DNA from: Felis catus
Lineage: Eukaryota
DNA: 64,000 bases
Reading direction: 5' to 3'
Assembly: GCF_018350175.1 (NCBI RefSeq)
Contig: NC_058383.1
Location: 31,868,001 to 31,932,000, forward strand
Both the position numbers and the translations under genes were made by a program. How positions within the stretch are numbered: position 1 is the first letter of the stretch; each line of letters starts with the position of its first letter. Shown here piece after piece: positions 40,291 through 51,560 of this stretch. A model generated the notes under the pieces. The model did no database searches, had not been told where the DNA came from, and was given only the letters and a program-made list of their open reading frames with translations.

Positions 40291-40478
40291 ACATTCCGCA
40301 GGGTAACAGCCAGCTGCGCGAACAAAACCCCAACATTTCAGATCCAGAGGAGCCCCAGGGGCCCACCTCCTTTCCCCGGCCTTACATTCCGCAGGGTAAC
40401 AGCCAGCTGCTCGAACAAAACCCCAACATTTCAGATCCAGAGGAGCCCCAGGGGCCCACCTCCTTTCCCCGGCCTTAC
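40291..40478. repeat. 93-bp tandem duplication (2 copies, 1 mismatch)
   Basis: Copy 1 is 40291-40383 and copy 2 is 40384-40476; the only difference is G40318 vs T40411. Confidence 0.97.
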
Positions 40479-43400
40479 GACCTATTTGTACAGTGATCTG
40501 ATTCACGCAGGGTCTCCGCGGCTAAACCCGAAGGCTTTCTTTCCGTTCCAAGCTTTTCCTGTCCCGCTGCCAGGCCTTCAAACCAGCGGACCCCCCGGTG
40601 AAGTCTCCGCTCACACGTCCCCTCCTCAGAGTGGCGCTTCTTAGACCCTGTGCGTGAGCTTCCTGCCAGTCACCCTGCCCACCGCCGGCCGCCGCGTCCC
40701 TCCAGCCCTGCGACAGAGGGAGAGGGGGACACTAAAGAATCGTCCTCCCCTTCCACTCCCCTTCCTGCAGCAGCCCCCCGACTCGACCCCCAGGCCCGCC
40801 TTGCGCCCCACAGGCCACATGGTCAGCTCCCCCATGGCGTGGGGACAGAAGTGGAGGGGGTCACTCCCGGGCCAAGGCAGTTAGTTAGAAACAGAGGAGC
40901 CTCCTCTACGCTCTCTCCCTGTGTGCGGGGGCCGGACACAGAGGTCAGGACGCCCTCCACACTGCGTGTCCAAGAAGGCTGAGCTCAGCCCGCAGCCCTG
41001 AACGACTGTGTGCTACAGAGCCACCGGCCCCCTCCCCAAAGGGACACCCACACTGCACAGATGTTGGCACAGCTGGTTCCTTATCACTCAGCCCTCGGCT
41101 CAAACATCACCTCCTCAAGAGGACTCTCCCAGGGGCGCCTGGGTGGCTCAGTCGGTTAAGCGTCCGACTTCGGCTCAGGTCAGGATCTCGCGGTCCGTGA
41201 GTTCGAGTCCCGCGTCGGGCTCTGGGCCGACGGCTCAGAGCCTGGAGCCTGCTTCGGATTCTGTGTCTCCCTCTCTCTCTTTGCCCCTCCCCCACTCCGT
41301 CTCTCTCTGTCTCTCAAAAATAAATGTTTTTAATCAGATCTACACATGAATCATTGAATGAAACGGTACTGTGAACTCCCTCTGTGCCAGGTGTAGCCCT
41401 CTTTGGTGGACTTCAGCTTCTAATTCACGGTTTTCCCACCTTGTGGGTTGGGGAGTAGGGTTCTGGAAGTTTCTGGCTGCACCCCCTCTGGAGCAAAAAT
41501 GCACTAACTATCTACTGGCCCGTCTCTCCCTCCGAAGAACCCAGCTTTATCCCCAGGGGCAGGAGGCTCTTGAAGGAAGACAAATGATCAGAAGGGAAGT
41601 TGCTGGGTGGGGTGTCTGGAAAAGCTCTTTATAGAGTAACGACTCCTTTTGTCCCCCTCCTCTTCTTCCCTCTTGCTTGGGCAGTGGATATGGGTGAATT
41701 TCCAGCAGGGCTGAGGCTAGCCCTGAGTGTGCTTTTGTTCGAATTAGAAAAAAAGACTTCTACTGTGAGCAATTAGAAAACAGCTCCTGTGGGCAGAAGC
41801 CTGCCTGTGTGTGCTGGGCCTGGCTTGGCAAGCAGAGCACGGGCTGGATTTCGGTCCCCATTCAATCCCTTTGAGGGCTTTGAGCAGTACACAAAATGCA
41901 CAACTGTCCACGGCGGCCCTGGTTTTGGACTAAGAGGCAACCTTGGGAACGGAAAGCACTTGTTGAGGGCAGAGCCAAAGATAAAAGAAGCCCAAGGCCC
42001 TTCGGAAAGGGGGAGCCCTTACACCAGCCCTGGAAGGCCTTCCTCCCGGGCCCTCTTCCTCTTGTTTTAAAAAATAGTTTTAGTAATTGATTTTCAAATA
42101 ATTTCAAAGTTCCAGAAAAGTTGCAAAAACCGTACAAAGAACTCCCCTTCACCCAGACTGGTCAAGGGTTAACATTCTATTCCATTTACCCCACTACACG
42201 CTCTCCCTCTTTCCCCATGTAGATACCTGTCCATCGCTACTGCTGTTTTTCTGAATCACTTGAGAGCATCTGGCGGAACAGTGCCCCTCATGCCCAAATG
42301 TTCCAGTCTGTGAATCCCCAAAACAAGGACACGATCGGCCCAACAACCTCTGACTTTTTTTTTTTAATGTTTATTTATTTTTGAGACAGAGAGAGACAGA
42401 GCATGAGTGGGGGAGGGTCAGAGAGAGAGAAGGAGACACAGAGTCTAAAGCAGGCTCCAGGCTCTGAGCTGTCAGCACAGAGCCCGACGCGGGGCTCGAA
42501 CTAACAGACCACGAGATCATGACCTGAGCCGAAGTCGGGCGCTCAACCGACTGAGCCACCCAGGCGCCTCAGCACTTCTAACTTCTTAAGTAAAATGTAA
42601 AACTCACATCCAGAAGTCAGGTACATTGGTTTTCGGTTATAACTAACCAAATGCTAATGCTAATGGCTACCCTCTTTATCCCTCAAACTCATGCGGGTCG
42701 CAGGAAAGATCACACAAAGCTCAGAGTGGGCTGGCCCTGTCTTGCCAAGCTCGCCCACGCTCTCCGCCCCACCCACGGGGGTCTCCTTCAATTCCATACA
42801 CTTGGCAAGCACCTCTCAGCCTCTGGACTTTCCTTTTTTCAATCGAGGTAAAATTCACGTGCTGTAAAATTCACCACCGCATGTTTTGGTTTGTGTTGTA
42901 AGTAGGTTCCACCCCCAGCACAGAGCCCAACGCGGGCTGAACTCATGACCCTGAGATCAAGGCCCCAGCCGAGATCAGGAGTCAGACGTTGAACGGACAG
43001 GGCCACCCCGGGGTCCCCAAATTCACCATCTTAAAGTGGCTCAGGGGGGCCTGGCCTGGGTGGCTCAGTCAATTAAGTGTCTGGCTCTTGATCCTGGCTC
43101 GCGTCATGATCTCATGGTTTCGTGAGCTGGAGCCCTGCATCTGGCTCTGTGCTGATGGCCCGGCGCCTCCTTGGGGTTCTCTCTCCTTCTCTCTCTGTAC
43201 ACCCCCCACCCATGCTCTCCCTTTCTCTCTCTCTCTCTCTCAACATAAATCAACTCTAAAAAAAGTGATCCAGGGACACTTTGCGTGTTCACACTGTCAT
43301 GTAACCACCACCACCAAGTTCCAAAACATTTTTGTCACCCAAAAGGAAGCCCTGTGCCCACCAGGCAGCCCTCAATGGTTCCCTGGTGCCAAGTAACCAC

Positions 43401-43936
43401 TGATCGACTTGTGTGTTTATGGATGTCGCTCTTCTGGACCCTTCATATCAATGGCACCCATGCCGTGCGCTGCCTCTGGACCTCACAGCTGCTGTTCCCG
43501 CTCCCGACATGCTTTTCCCTCCCCCGACCCTGACTCACCCTTCAGCAATTCACTTTACCAGCAAACCCCTGGGCAGCTTTCCTATCTCCTCCCTGAGGTC
43601 GGCTTCCCCCCAACCTATACCCTTGTAAAAAAAAAACCTCGGGTTTCCCTTCTCAGCATTTTCCACAATCTTAATTATTCCGTGCGGTTCCTTCAGGTTG
43701 CCCAGTTAGAGGATAAAGTCGATTAGGCAGCAACACGTCTGCCTTATTTATCGCGGTATGCCAGGGCGTAGCCCAGAATCGAGCACATACTAGGTGTCCA
43801 ATAATTTTTTTGGTTGTTGACTGACTGACTGAGTGCCCCCGACAGAGAAGTCCTCTTGTCTCCCCTCGGCCGGTGACCTGGGGTTGGGGCGGGGCGCCGG
43901 GCCCCACCCTGCCCTCACCAAGGGCCTCCCACATGC

Positions 43937-44032
43937 CCATATATGGACACGATCAGGACAGCTCAGGCAGGGTCTGTGAGGTCAAGGCCTCTGTGCCCTC
44001 ACAATGCCCAGGGCCCCCCCCTGTGTCTATAA
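43937..44032 (+). promoter_or_regulatory. PRM1: PRM1 promoter: CArG/SRE box CCATATATGG (43937-43946), CRE-like TGAGGTCA (43977-43984), ACAAT (44001-44005), TATAA (44028-44032)
   Basis: Motifs read directly about 120-220 nt upstream of the PRM1 ATG. Confidence 0.8.
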
Positions 44033-44153
44033 GAGGCTCACAAGCCGGGCCCCCGGCTCACAGCCCACCAAGTTCCACCTGCTCACAGGTTGGCTGGCTC
44101 GACCAAGATAGACCCCCCTGCTCTGAGCATCCCGGCCGGATCCATCTAGAGCC

Positions 44154-44262
44154 ATGGCCAGATACAGATGCTGCCGCAGCCACAGCAGGAGCAGGTGCCG
44201 TCGCCGCAGACGCCGATGCCGCAGACGAAGGAGGCGATGTTGCAGGAGGCCGAGGAAGAGAG
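44154..44262 (+). CDS. PRM1: Sperm protamine P1, exon 1
   Basis: gccATGG Kozak; [36 protein letters not shown]; donor AGAG|gtgaag. Confidence 0.98.
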
Positions 44263-44350
44263 GTGAAGGGGCGCGCCCCGGGGCGGGGCCGGGCCGGGCC
44301 GGGGGTCCCACGGCCCCGCTGAAACTCCCCCTCCCCGGTTCCCTCCGCAG

Positions 44351-44394
44351 TGTGTTCCCGCCGCTACAGGGTGGGGAGGTGTAGGAGAAGATGA
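44351..44394 (+). CDS. PRM1: Sperm protamine P1, exon 2
   Basis: Acceptor ccctccgcag|; (V)[16 protein letters not shown]. Intron 88 nt; protein 50 aa. Confidence 0.97.
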
Positions 44395-44511
44395 TCCACG
44401 CACGGGGTCCCGGCCCACCACTCCTGCCCGGAATTCTACCAGCCAGTCGAGACCGACCTGCCGCCTCTGAACATGCCACCAGCACCATGACCTGAACAGG
44501 AGCCTGCTAAC

Positions 44512-44534
44512 GAACAATGCCACCTGTCAATAAA
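44512..44534 (+). promoter_or_regulatory. PRM1: PRM1 3'UTR translational control element (GAACAATGCCACCTGTC) abutting the poly(A) signal AATAAA (44529-44534)
   Basis: Matches the remembered conserved 17-nt Prm1 TCE and sits directly 5' of AATAAA. Confidence 0.85.
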
Positions 44535-46042
44535 TGTTGAAAAAAAAAAATCGCGCCCTCGTCTCTCTGTCTTGACGGGGGTTTGGGGTGGGGGGGGATG
44601 CCGGGAAGAGGGGACACGAGCGGCGGTCACTGGATCTGGTTCCAAGCTCTCTGTTCCGCCCCGGTCACCACCATAATCTGCTCCCGCGCCGGCCGGCCCT
44701 TTGTGAGTCCCACCGGGGACGGGGACGGGGGCGGGTCCTGCTGGCGTCGGAGGGCTTCTCCCTGGCTCTGGACTTGCTCCCTGCCCCGCCCCCAGAGAGC
44801 CGGGGAAATGCAGCTCCCGCTCAAGGTTTCACTACACCCCAAGTGCCCAGGTGTCTTCTGTTTGAGAACAATGCTGCCGAGACAGCACTGAATGTCTCCC
44901 TAGTTCAGGGCACGAGGAATCTTGGCCGGCTCCTCTTGCCCCCTCAACCCACATGATGCACTGGGGGCTTAAAACCCCAGTGAGATGTGGACATTGTTCA
45001 CGATGGGTTGGGAGACTCTGAGTCTGCTTGACTCAGTCAGATCCCGGCAAAGCCCAGGGCATTTCGTCAGTCGCAGGGAGCTCGGTGAGAAAGTGACCGC
45101 AGAAATGTCGTGGCCGTGACTTCCCTTTATTGAATACCATACATTCATCACGTCTGGGGCTCACACTGCAAGATGGGCATAAATGACCCGGTCTTTTCAG
45201 GTAAGGACACAGAATGGGACTGAACCCGCTTGCCTGACCCCGCGTATCTGACTGTATACGGGCAGGAGGGCAGGACGGCTGGACGCAGAACACCCCCTCA
45301 CATCCCGGGGCATTTACACTTACGGCGGCACGAAACAGCATATGAATACTAGGGTGGGATCAAGCCCTCTGTACTGGTTTCCTAAATAGCCGCTGTTAAC
45401 AAATCCCCACAAACTTCATTGCTTAAAACGCAAATTTATTATCTTGAATTGGGTTTTCTGGAGGCTCCAGGGGAGAAGAACCAGTTCCCTCATCTTTCCC
45501 AGCTCCTAGAAGCCACCTGCATTCCCACACGGGACCCAGCCAGAAAGTCCCCCTGCACCTAAGGTGACGTCCACAGGGTTAGAGGTCGGACAGTTGCTCC
45601 CACGTTCTGGATTTTACTGGGATCCAAAGGACAGCGAGGCCCAGGAGAAAGGAAGATGGCACAGGCGGAGGGGAGCACCACCTGGGCTGGAGGGGAGCAC
45701 CGCCTGGGGTGGGAAGGGGGTGGAAGGCCAAGGGCACAGACTGATGCCCAGCCTTGCCCCGTATTTGCAGAGTGACCTAGAGCAAGCCACGTCACCTCTT
45801 TATGGGAAGCAGGAATTGGAAAGTAAATGAATGCAGTAACAACCCATACAAAACCCCCGATCGCGGCACAGCCCCAGGGTGGGGAGGAAGCTTCAGGAAC
45901 GAGTGCGTGAGAATGACACCAACCGAGACGGATTTGTACAAAATGTTAGCACTGTCCCTGTGGCCTGAGGGACCCACACACATTTTTTGGGCAAGGCAAG
46001 GGGGTGGCCCTGCCGGCTGTGAAGGGACTGGCCAGCGTGGCA

Positions 46043-46096
46043 ACAATGGTAGGGTGGGGCCGCCGAGTCATAGTGGGGGGGGCCCTTTATATATAA
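46043..46096 (+). promoter_or_regulatory. PRM2: PRM2 promoter: ACAAT (46043-46047) and TATA box TATATATAA (46088-46096)
   Basis: The TATA box is about 130 nt upstream of the ATG at 46223. Confidence 0.75.
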
Positions 46097-46222
46097 GCCC
46101 GCAAAGAGCGGCCGGCAGACCAGACCAACATTGGCGGCAAGAGCAGGCGGGCAGGCCTCGACCCTCCTCCCCTACCCCCAAGGCCAGCCGTGCCCTCAGC
46201 CTAAGCCACCTGCCCCGGAACC

Positions 46223-46481
46223 ATGGTCCGATGCTGCAGGAGGAGTCCGAGCGGACACCCACGGCAGGGGCAGGAGCACGGCCAGCACGAGTGCAAGGAC
46301 AAGGAGCGGGAGCAGGCCGTGAACGCAGAGGACATCCAGGTGGACCAGAGGACCCACAAAGGCTGCTGCTACAGACACAGGCGCTCTTCCCAAAGGCGGC
46401 GGTACAGGGCCCGCAGGAGGAGGAGACGCTCCTGCCAGAGGAGAAGGCGCCAGAGAGGTGCCTGCAGGTCCAGGACCGGAG
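46223..46481 (+). CDS. PRM2: Protamine 2 precursor, exon 1
   Basis: MVRCCRRSPSGHPRQGQEH...RTHKGCCYRHRR...RRRRRRSCQRRRR..., an acidic pro-piece followed by an Arg/Cys-rich domain. Donor GGAG|gtgtgg; an alternative same-phase donor lies at 46458. Confidence 0.9.
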
Positions 46482-46651
46482 GTGTGGCCAGTCTCCGCCC
46501 CTGATGCGCCCAGGCTGGCACGGGAACCCCACCCCCGGGAGGCACCCCCCCCACCCCCACTCCTGACCCGCCCAGGGTGGCCCTGGGACCCCACTCCGTG
46601 ACACCCGAGTCCTGTCCCCAGAGCCCTGTAACCAGGACTCTTTTCCCAAAG

Positions 46652-46695
46652 GCCACACAAGGGTCAGGACAAGGAGGTGCCAGAGGCGACACTAA
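46652..46695 (+). CDS. PRM2: Protamine 2 precursor, exon 2
   Basis: Acceptor ctcttttcccaaag|; (G)HTRVRTRRCQRRH-TAA. AATAAA at 46847-46852. Confidence 0.9.
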
Positions 46696-47910
46696 ACCTC
46701 CCGGGGTCCATCACACCCCTGGATGGAAATCAAGGAAAAGTCGCCCGCCAAAGAACCACCCGGTGAGACCAAAGCAATCCCCTGACGTTGGATGCTCCTT
46801 GCCAGCCCACAACATCTTGACTGAAATGCACCAAAGTCATCTGTCAAATAAAGCTGGAGATAATAAATTTGCTGTCCAGTCTCCCTCAGGCACAGATACA
46901 AAAAGTGAACAAAATAAACGGTATCCTCCCATTACCCAGAGTGGGCAAGGGTGTGCTGGGTGGCTGGGGAATGGGAAGCAGGTCTGGCATGCTCCAGCAA
47001 GAGGCGCTGGGGGGAGGGAGGCCTTGGGGGCCACCAGGAATCTTTTTTAATTTTGTGAGAGAGACACAGCACGTGCGGGGAAGGGGCTTGAACTCACTGA
47101 CCGTGCGATCGTGACCTGAGCCAAAGTCGGATGCTTCACCGACTGAGCCGCCCAGGCGCCCCTCGAACTCTTTGGACATTACCACAAATTTTAAATCCCT
47201 GTCGTCAGGGCTGTGCTCCCTCCGGAGCAGAAAAAGGATAAGTGCTCAGAAATGACTCCTCACCCCCCTCCCCTGCACCCTGTGCTGAAATCGTGTGCTA
47301 TGGGCACGTGTACAAAGACTTGTGACCACAAACAGGAAAACTTCTAGTCTTCCAGAAGTACAGCTTATACACAGGGCACAAGTTATAAGTACACCCGTGC
47401 AGCCCTCCCCGTCGCCGCCCCCCCCCCCCCCCGCCTCCACCGCCAGGTCAAGGAACCAGACATTTCCAGCCTCTCTCCTCCCTCATGCCAACTGCCCCCC
47501 AAAGTAACCACTACTCTGACCCATCCTCACATAATGTCAACGGCTCTCTGGGGCTGGGTACTTCTGGAATGTGGGGAGGGGAGCCTATGTGTTCTCCTGC
47601 TTCTGGAAATTCTATCCCCAACTGTCATCCCAGCTAAAAGGGGGACTTCTGCCAGCACAAATGAGGCAAGGTGGCCGGCCTGGAACTCTGACTCCGTCCT
47701 GGCCTATAGGTGGTGGGACCTCAAGGGGGCTGCTGGTGGCTGAGGTCTGAGACAGGTGTCAGCCCAGACTCGGGTGTCCGAGGGCGGGGGGCAGGGCTCC
47801 AGGGGCCCCTTTGTGATGTCAGCGCCCTGCCTACTGTCCTCACAGCCCCTCCACTCCCCCCATCTCCAGTGGCCTTCCCTCCCGTTCTGGAGAGGCAGCC
47901 AACGCGGGCA

Positions 47911-48204
47911 ATGGGTTCCCGCTGTGCCAAGCTCAGCACTGGCCACAGCCGGGGCTACGAATCCCCCATGAAGAAGCTCGTGGCCTGTGTGAGTCAGGAT
48001 AACTTCTCCTTGTCGTCCGAGGGGGAAGGAGAAGAGGGGGGAGAGGAGGAGGAGGACGAGGAGGTGGAAGAGGAGGAGGACGAGGAGGAGCTCCCAGTGC
48101 AGGGCAAGCTGCTGCTGATAGAGGACGAGCGGCAGGAGAAGGAGGGTGCGGAAGAAGAGCCTGCGGCCCAGCAGAGCCCCGAGCCCAAGCAGACGCACTC
48201 CTGA
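47911..48204 (+). CDS. PRM3: Protamine 3 (acidic, single exon, 97 aa)
   Basis: MGSRCAKLSTGHSRGYESPMKKLVACVSQDNFSLSSEGEGEEGGEEEEDEE...ELPVQGKLLLIE...QQSPEPKQTHS; AATAAA at 48273-48278; expected position between PRM2 and TNP2. Confidence 0.96.
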   Translation: MGSRCAKLSTGHSRGYESPMKKLVACVSQDNFSLSSEGEGEEGGEEEEDEEVEEEEDEEELPVQGKLLLIEDERQEKEGAEEEPAAQQSPEPKQTHS

Positions 48205-48331
48205 CCCACGACGGTGACCCAGGAAGAGGTTCCCACCACTGTTCCGGCGAGAAGAACTTTCCGAAAAGAGTCAATAAAAAGTCTCCCAAGGACTTCGCCT
48301 CTCTGGTCTCTCCAACCCCACGCCTGCAGTG

Positions 48332-48333
<2 letters not shown>

Positions 48334-48382
<49 letters not shown>

Positions 48383-48384
48383 CG
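48334..48384. repeat. (GT)~20 followed by (CG)5 microsatellite
   Basis: Read directly. Confidence 0.95.
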
Positions 48385-49684
48385 AGCGTGTGCCCTTGTG
48401 TGCGTGTGGGTAGGGACGGGGAAGAGCAGGGGTCAGGGACCCCTGTTCCTGGTGTCCAGCTGGAAGTTCTCAGGAGGCCCACGCCCCCGTGGCTTCTCAA
48501 CCACCCTCCCCTGCCTCGGCGGGTAGGAAAAGTGGTAGCCAGGACTGGAAGCCGGCCAGGTCTGTCGGAAATGTCGCTGGGGTCACGGTGGCTGCCTCTG
48601 GCCGCCCTGGCCCCGGTTCTGGGGTCAGAGCACGTGGAGGGGCCTCCAGTCCTCAGCCACTGATGCTGCTGAAGTCAGGGTGACCACCTGTGCTCCCCGC
48701 CGCCAAAGGCTCACTTCTGCCTTCATCAAGGGGTCCAGCTGCCAATGCTCCCATCACAGCAATGGGCAGTGGGAGCCCAGAGAAGGTGCCAGATCCAGAC
48801 GCAGACCCGGGCCCTTACTCTGGCCTTCAAGAAGCATTGGAACGCGTCTGTTGCCACTCTTGCCCTGGATCTCTTAACCCTGCTCTTGCCAAAAGAAATA
48901 ACCAGTGAGGTCTCACCCCCTTCCCTCGGTCCCCCGAGCACCAGGCTCCTGGGCCCAAGAAGGATCCTGGTGGGGGCTGCTGGAGATAGGGGTGCGAGGC
49001 AGACAGTATTTCCAGAAGATTCTCAGTGCAAGGAGAGGCCCTGACTTACTCGAAGGGGAGGCCACCGCTGAGGCCCGGAGCAGGCAGAGGGGATGTGATG
49101 TCGGGAGGAAGAGACCCTGCTGTCCAGGGCCCCCAACTCCACGCGCCGACCAAGGAACTCGGCGAGCCGGTTCCATCCTTCTGTCCACGCCCCATAGGTC
49201 CGCCTGCCCAGTCATCTGCCCGAAAACATCCCTGTCGAGCCCCTGCTGCATACCAGGCACCATGCCAGGCTTGATGGGCCCTGAGTTGAATAAAACACAG
49301 ACTCTATCTCACTATGTACTGGAGGGCCGGGAAGTGGGGAGTCAGCAGTGGAGGGGAGGCAGGAGGGGGGAGGGAAGGGGGGAGGAGAGTGGGGAGAGGG
49401 GAGGATGGGGGAGACAGTCCAGAGACCCACAGCCAGTCTTGACAGAGTGGCCCAGCACTGAGAACCCAACCAGCCCCACTGAGCTCACACAAGCAGAGCC
49501 CTCAGGACAGAGAGGGCCACGTGGGCCCTCCGTGACTGAAAGGCAGGACTAGAAGGGGCCAGACCTGGACTGGAATCCTGGCTCGGCCACTGACGAGCTG
49601 TGGGACTCCGGGCTGGTCTCTCAACCTCTCTGAGCCCGTTTCCCCTTTGTTAAATATAATAATGAGACACCCACCTTCCAGGGT

Positions 49685-50102
49685 GCATTAGTTTCTTAGG
49701 GCTGCTATAATAAATTATTACGGATTTGGTGGCTTCAGACAATGGAGATTTATTCTCTCATAGTCTGGAGGCCAGAGGCATGAAATTAAGGTGTCAACAA
49801 GGTCACACCCCCTCCGGAGGTCCTACGGGAGAATCCTTCCTGCCTCGTCCGGCGCACAGGGGCCCCAGGACTTCCTTGGCTTGTGGTCAAGTACCCTCAT
49901 GGGCTCTGCCCCCACCTGGTTTTTCTCCCTGTGTCTCGTCTCTCTCATAACGACACTTGTCACTGGATTTGGGGCCCACCTGGATAATCCAGGATGCCCT
50001 CAAGATCCTTCATTTACTTACATCTGCAAAGATCCACGACAGGTTCCAGGGGTTAGGACATAGACATATCTTTGCGGGGGGGGCCACCATTCAGTCTACT
50101 GC
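49685..50102 (-). mobile_element. MLT1 (MaLR) solo LTR
   Basis: attagtttcttagggctgctataa...ttattctctcatagtctggaggccaga...ggataatccaggatg...gccaccattcagtctac. Confidence 0.8.
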
Positions 50103-51560
50103 ACAGCATCCCTGGGAGGCTGGAGGGCAGGGCTGCCTACAGAAAACGTGGGGCCCGGAGGCCAGCCACACAGGAAGCGCTCAGTAGACGAGAGCGGCTT
50201 TCGCCACGACTGACGGGACATGCTTAGTAATAACCTGCGACAAAAGCAGGTGGTAGCAAAGCCTCACAACAAGAGGCAAAGCTGTGCATGACCAACAGAG
50301 AGAAGCGGGGGTTGGCTGGGGGGGCTGCTGGGGGCGGGGAGGACAGAGGGTGTGGCGTGGCAGCAGGAAATGGGAGCTACAGGCTGAGCGGCCAAGAGCA
50401 AAGCCCACGGGCATTGGCCAAGGTGTGGGGAGAGGCAGGCGGCTGCGGACGGAGCACCGAACGGACAAGCGAGCTCCGACGGGGCTGTGTGCAAACGCAG
50501 GGACCGGCTTTCCGCTCTAGGAGCTGGGAGGTCTGAGCCGGGCCAGGGTGGTGATTCCAACTGGATGGCGGGGCTCCACCATCAAGGAGGGGAGCAGGGT
50601 GAGGAGCAGGGAGTCAGGAGAGGCAGGCTCTCAAGGCGACCACGCAGTCAGGCTCACAAGAACGCGGCGAAGGAAGGAGAGACATCCCTTTGTTAGATAA
50701 GGAAACCGAGCCTTGAAAACCAAAACACGCTACCCAAGATCGGACATAAGCCCAAACCGGCGTTTGAACCAGGTTCTAAATCCCCCAGCTTGAAACATGC
50801 CTGGGAAGGTGAGCTCACCAGGCAGACCACCCATCAGTCCGTCCGGTGACTCTTACCCGCCGTGCGGTAAGCCATCCAGTCGACTCGACGTCTGCCCACC
50901 CGCCCGTCTGGCTGCGCACTAGTCATCCACCCGATGGGCCGCCCACAAGGCCAGCCAACTGCACCAGGGTCAGAGAGGTGCTCCTGACTTCCACGCTGCG
51001 TGGGGGGAATACGGAAGCGCACTGGGGATGCTTAGACAGCGGGTATGGAGGTCCTTCTGGGGGCTGGCCCGGAGCCAACCACTGGACGTAGATTCTCTAA
51101 TTCATCTGACGTCCCGGGAGATCGGTATTCTTATTGCCCCCGTTCTACAAAAACCAGAGGAAAGCAAGCAGCAGATCAGGGATATGGACCCAGCTCCATC
51201 TGAACCCAGGGTCCCTACCGCTTTTTTTTGAAGTTTTGTTTATTTTTGAGAGAGACAGAGACAGCGTGAGTGGGGGAGGGGCAGAGAGAGAGGGAGGGAG
51301 AGAATCCCAAGCAGGCTCCGTGCTGTCAGCGCAGAGCCCGATGTGGGGCTTGACCCCACGGACTGTGAAATCATGACCTGAGCCGCAACCAAGAGTCGGA
51401 CGCTTAACCGACCGAGCCACCTAGGCGCCCCAAGGGTCCCTACTTTTAGCCAACAGACGGGACTCTCCCAGAGCGCCCCTGAAAGCGGCCCCACCCTGGG
51501 GTGAAGGCAAGGGGCAGGGGCTTTGTCCCAGCCTGGCCACATCTGTCACACCCTGGTGGC

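Noticed and set aside
40234-40644. ORF with a 31-aa internal repeat
   Set aside because: A by-product of the 93-bp tandem duplication (length divisible by 3); GTG start. Two units without spacers are not a CRISPR array, and the DNA is mammalian.
45802-46566. 254-aa ORF overlapping PRM2 in another frame
   Set aside because: It starts upstream of the PRM2 TATA box, resembles no protein I recognise, and is explained by GC-rich stop scarcity.
47710-47910. N-terminal extension of PRM3 in the ORF track (164 aa)
   Set aside because: GTG start lying across promoter motifs; the conserved PRM3 start is MGSRC at 47911.
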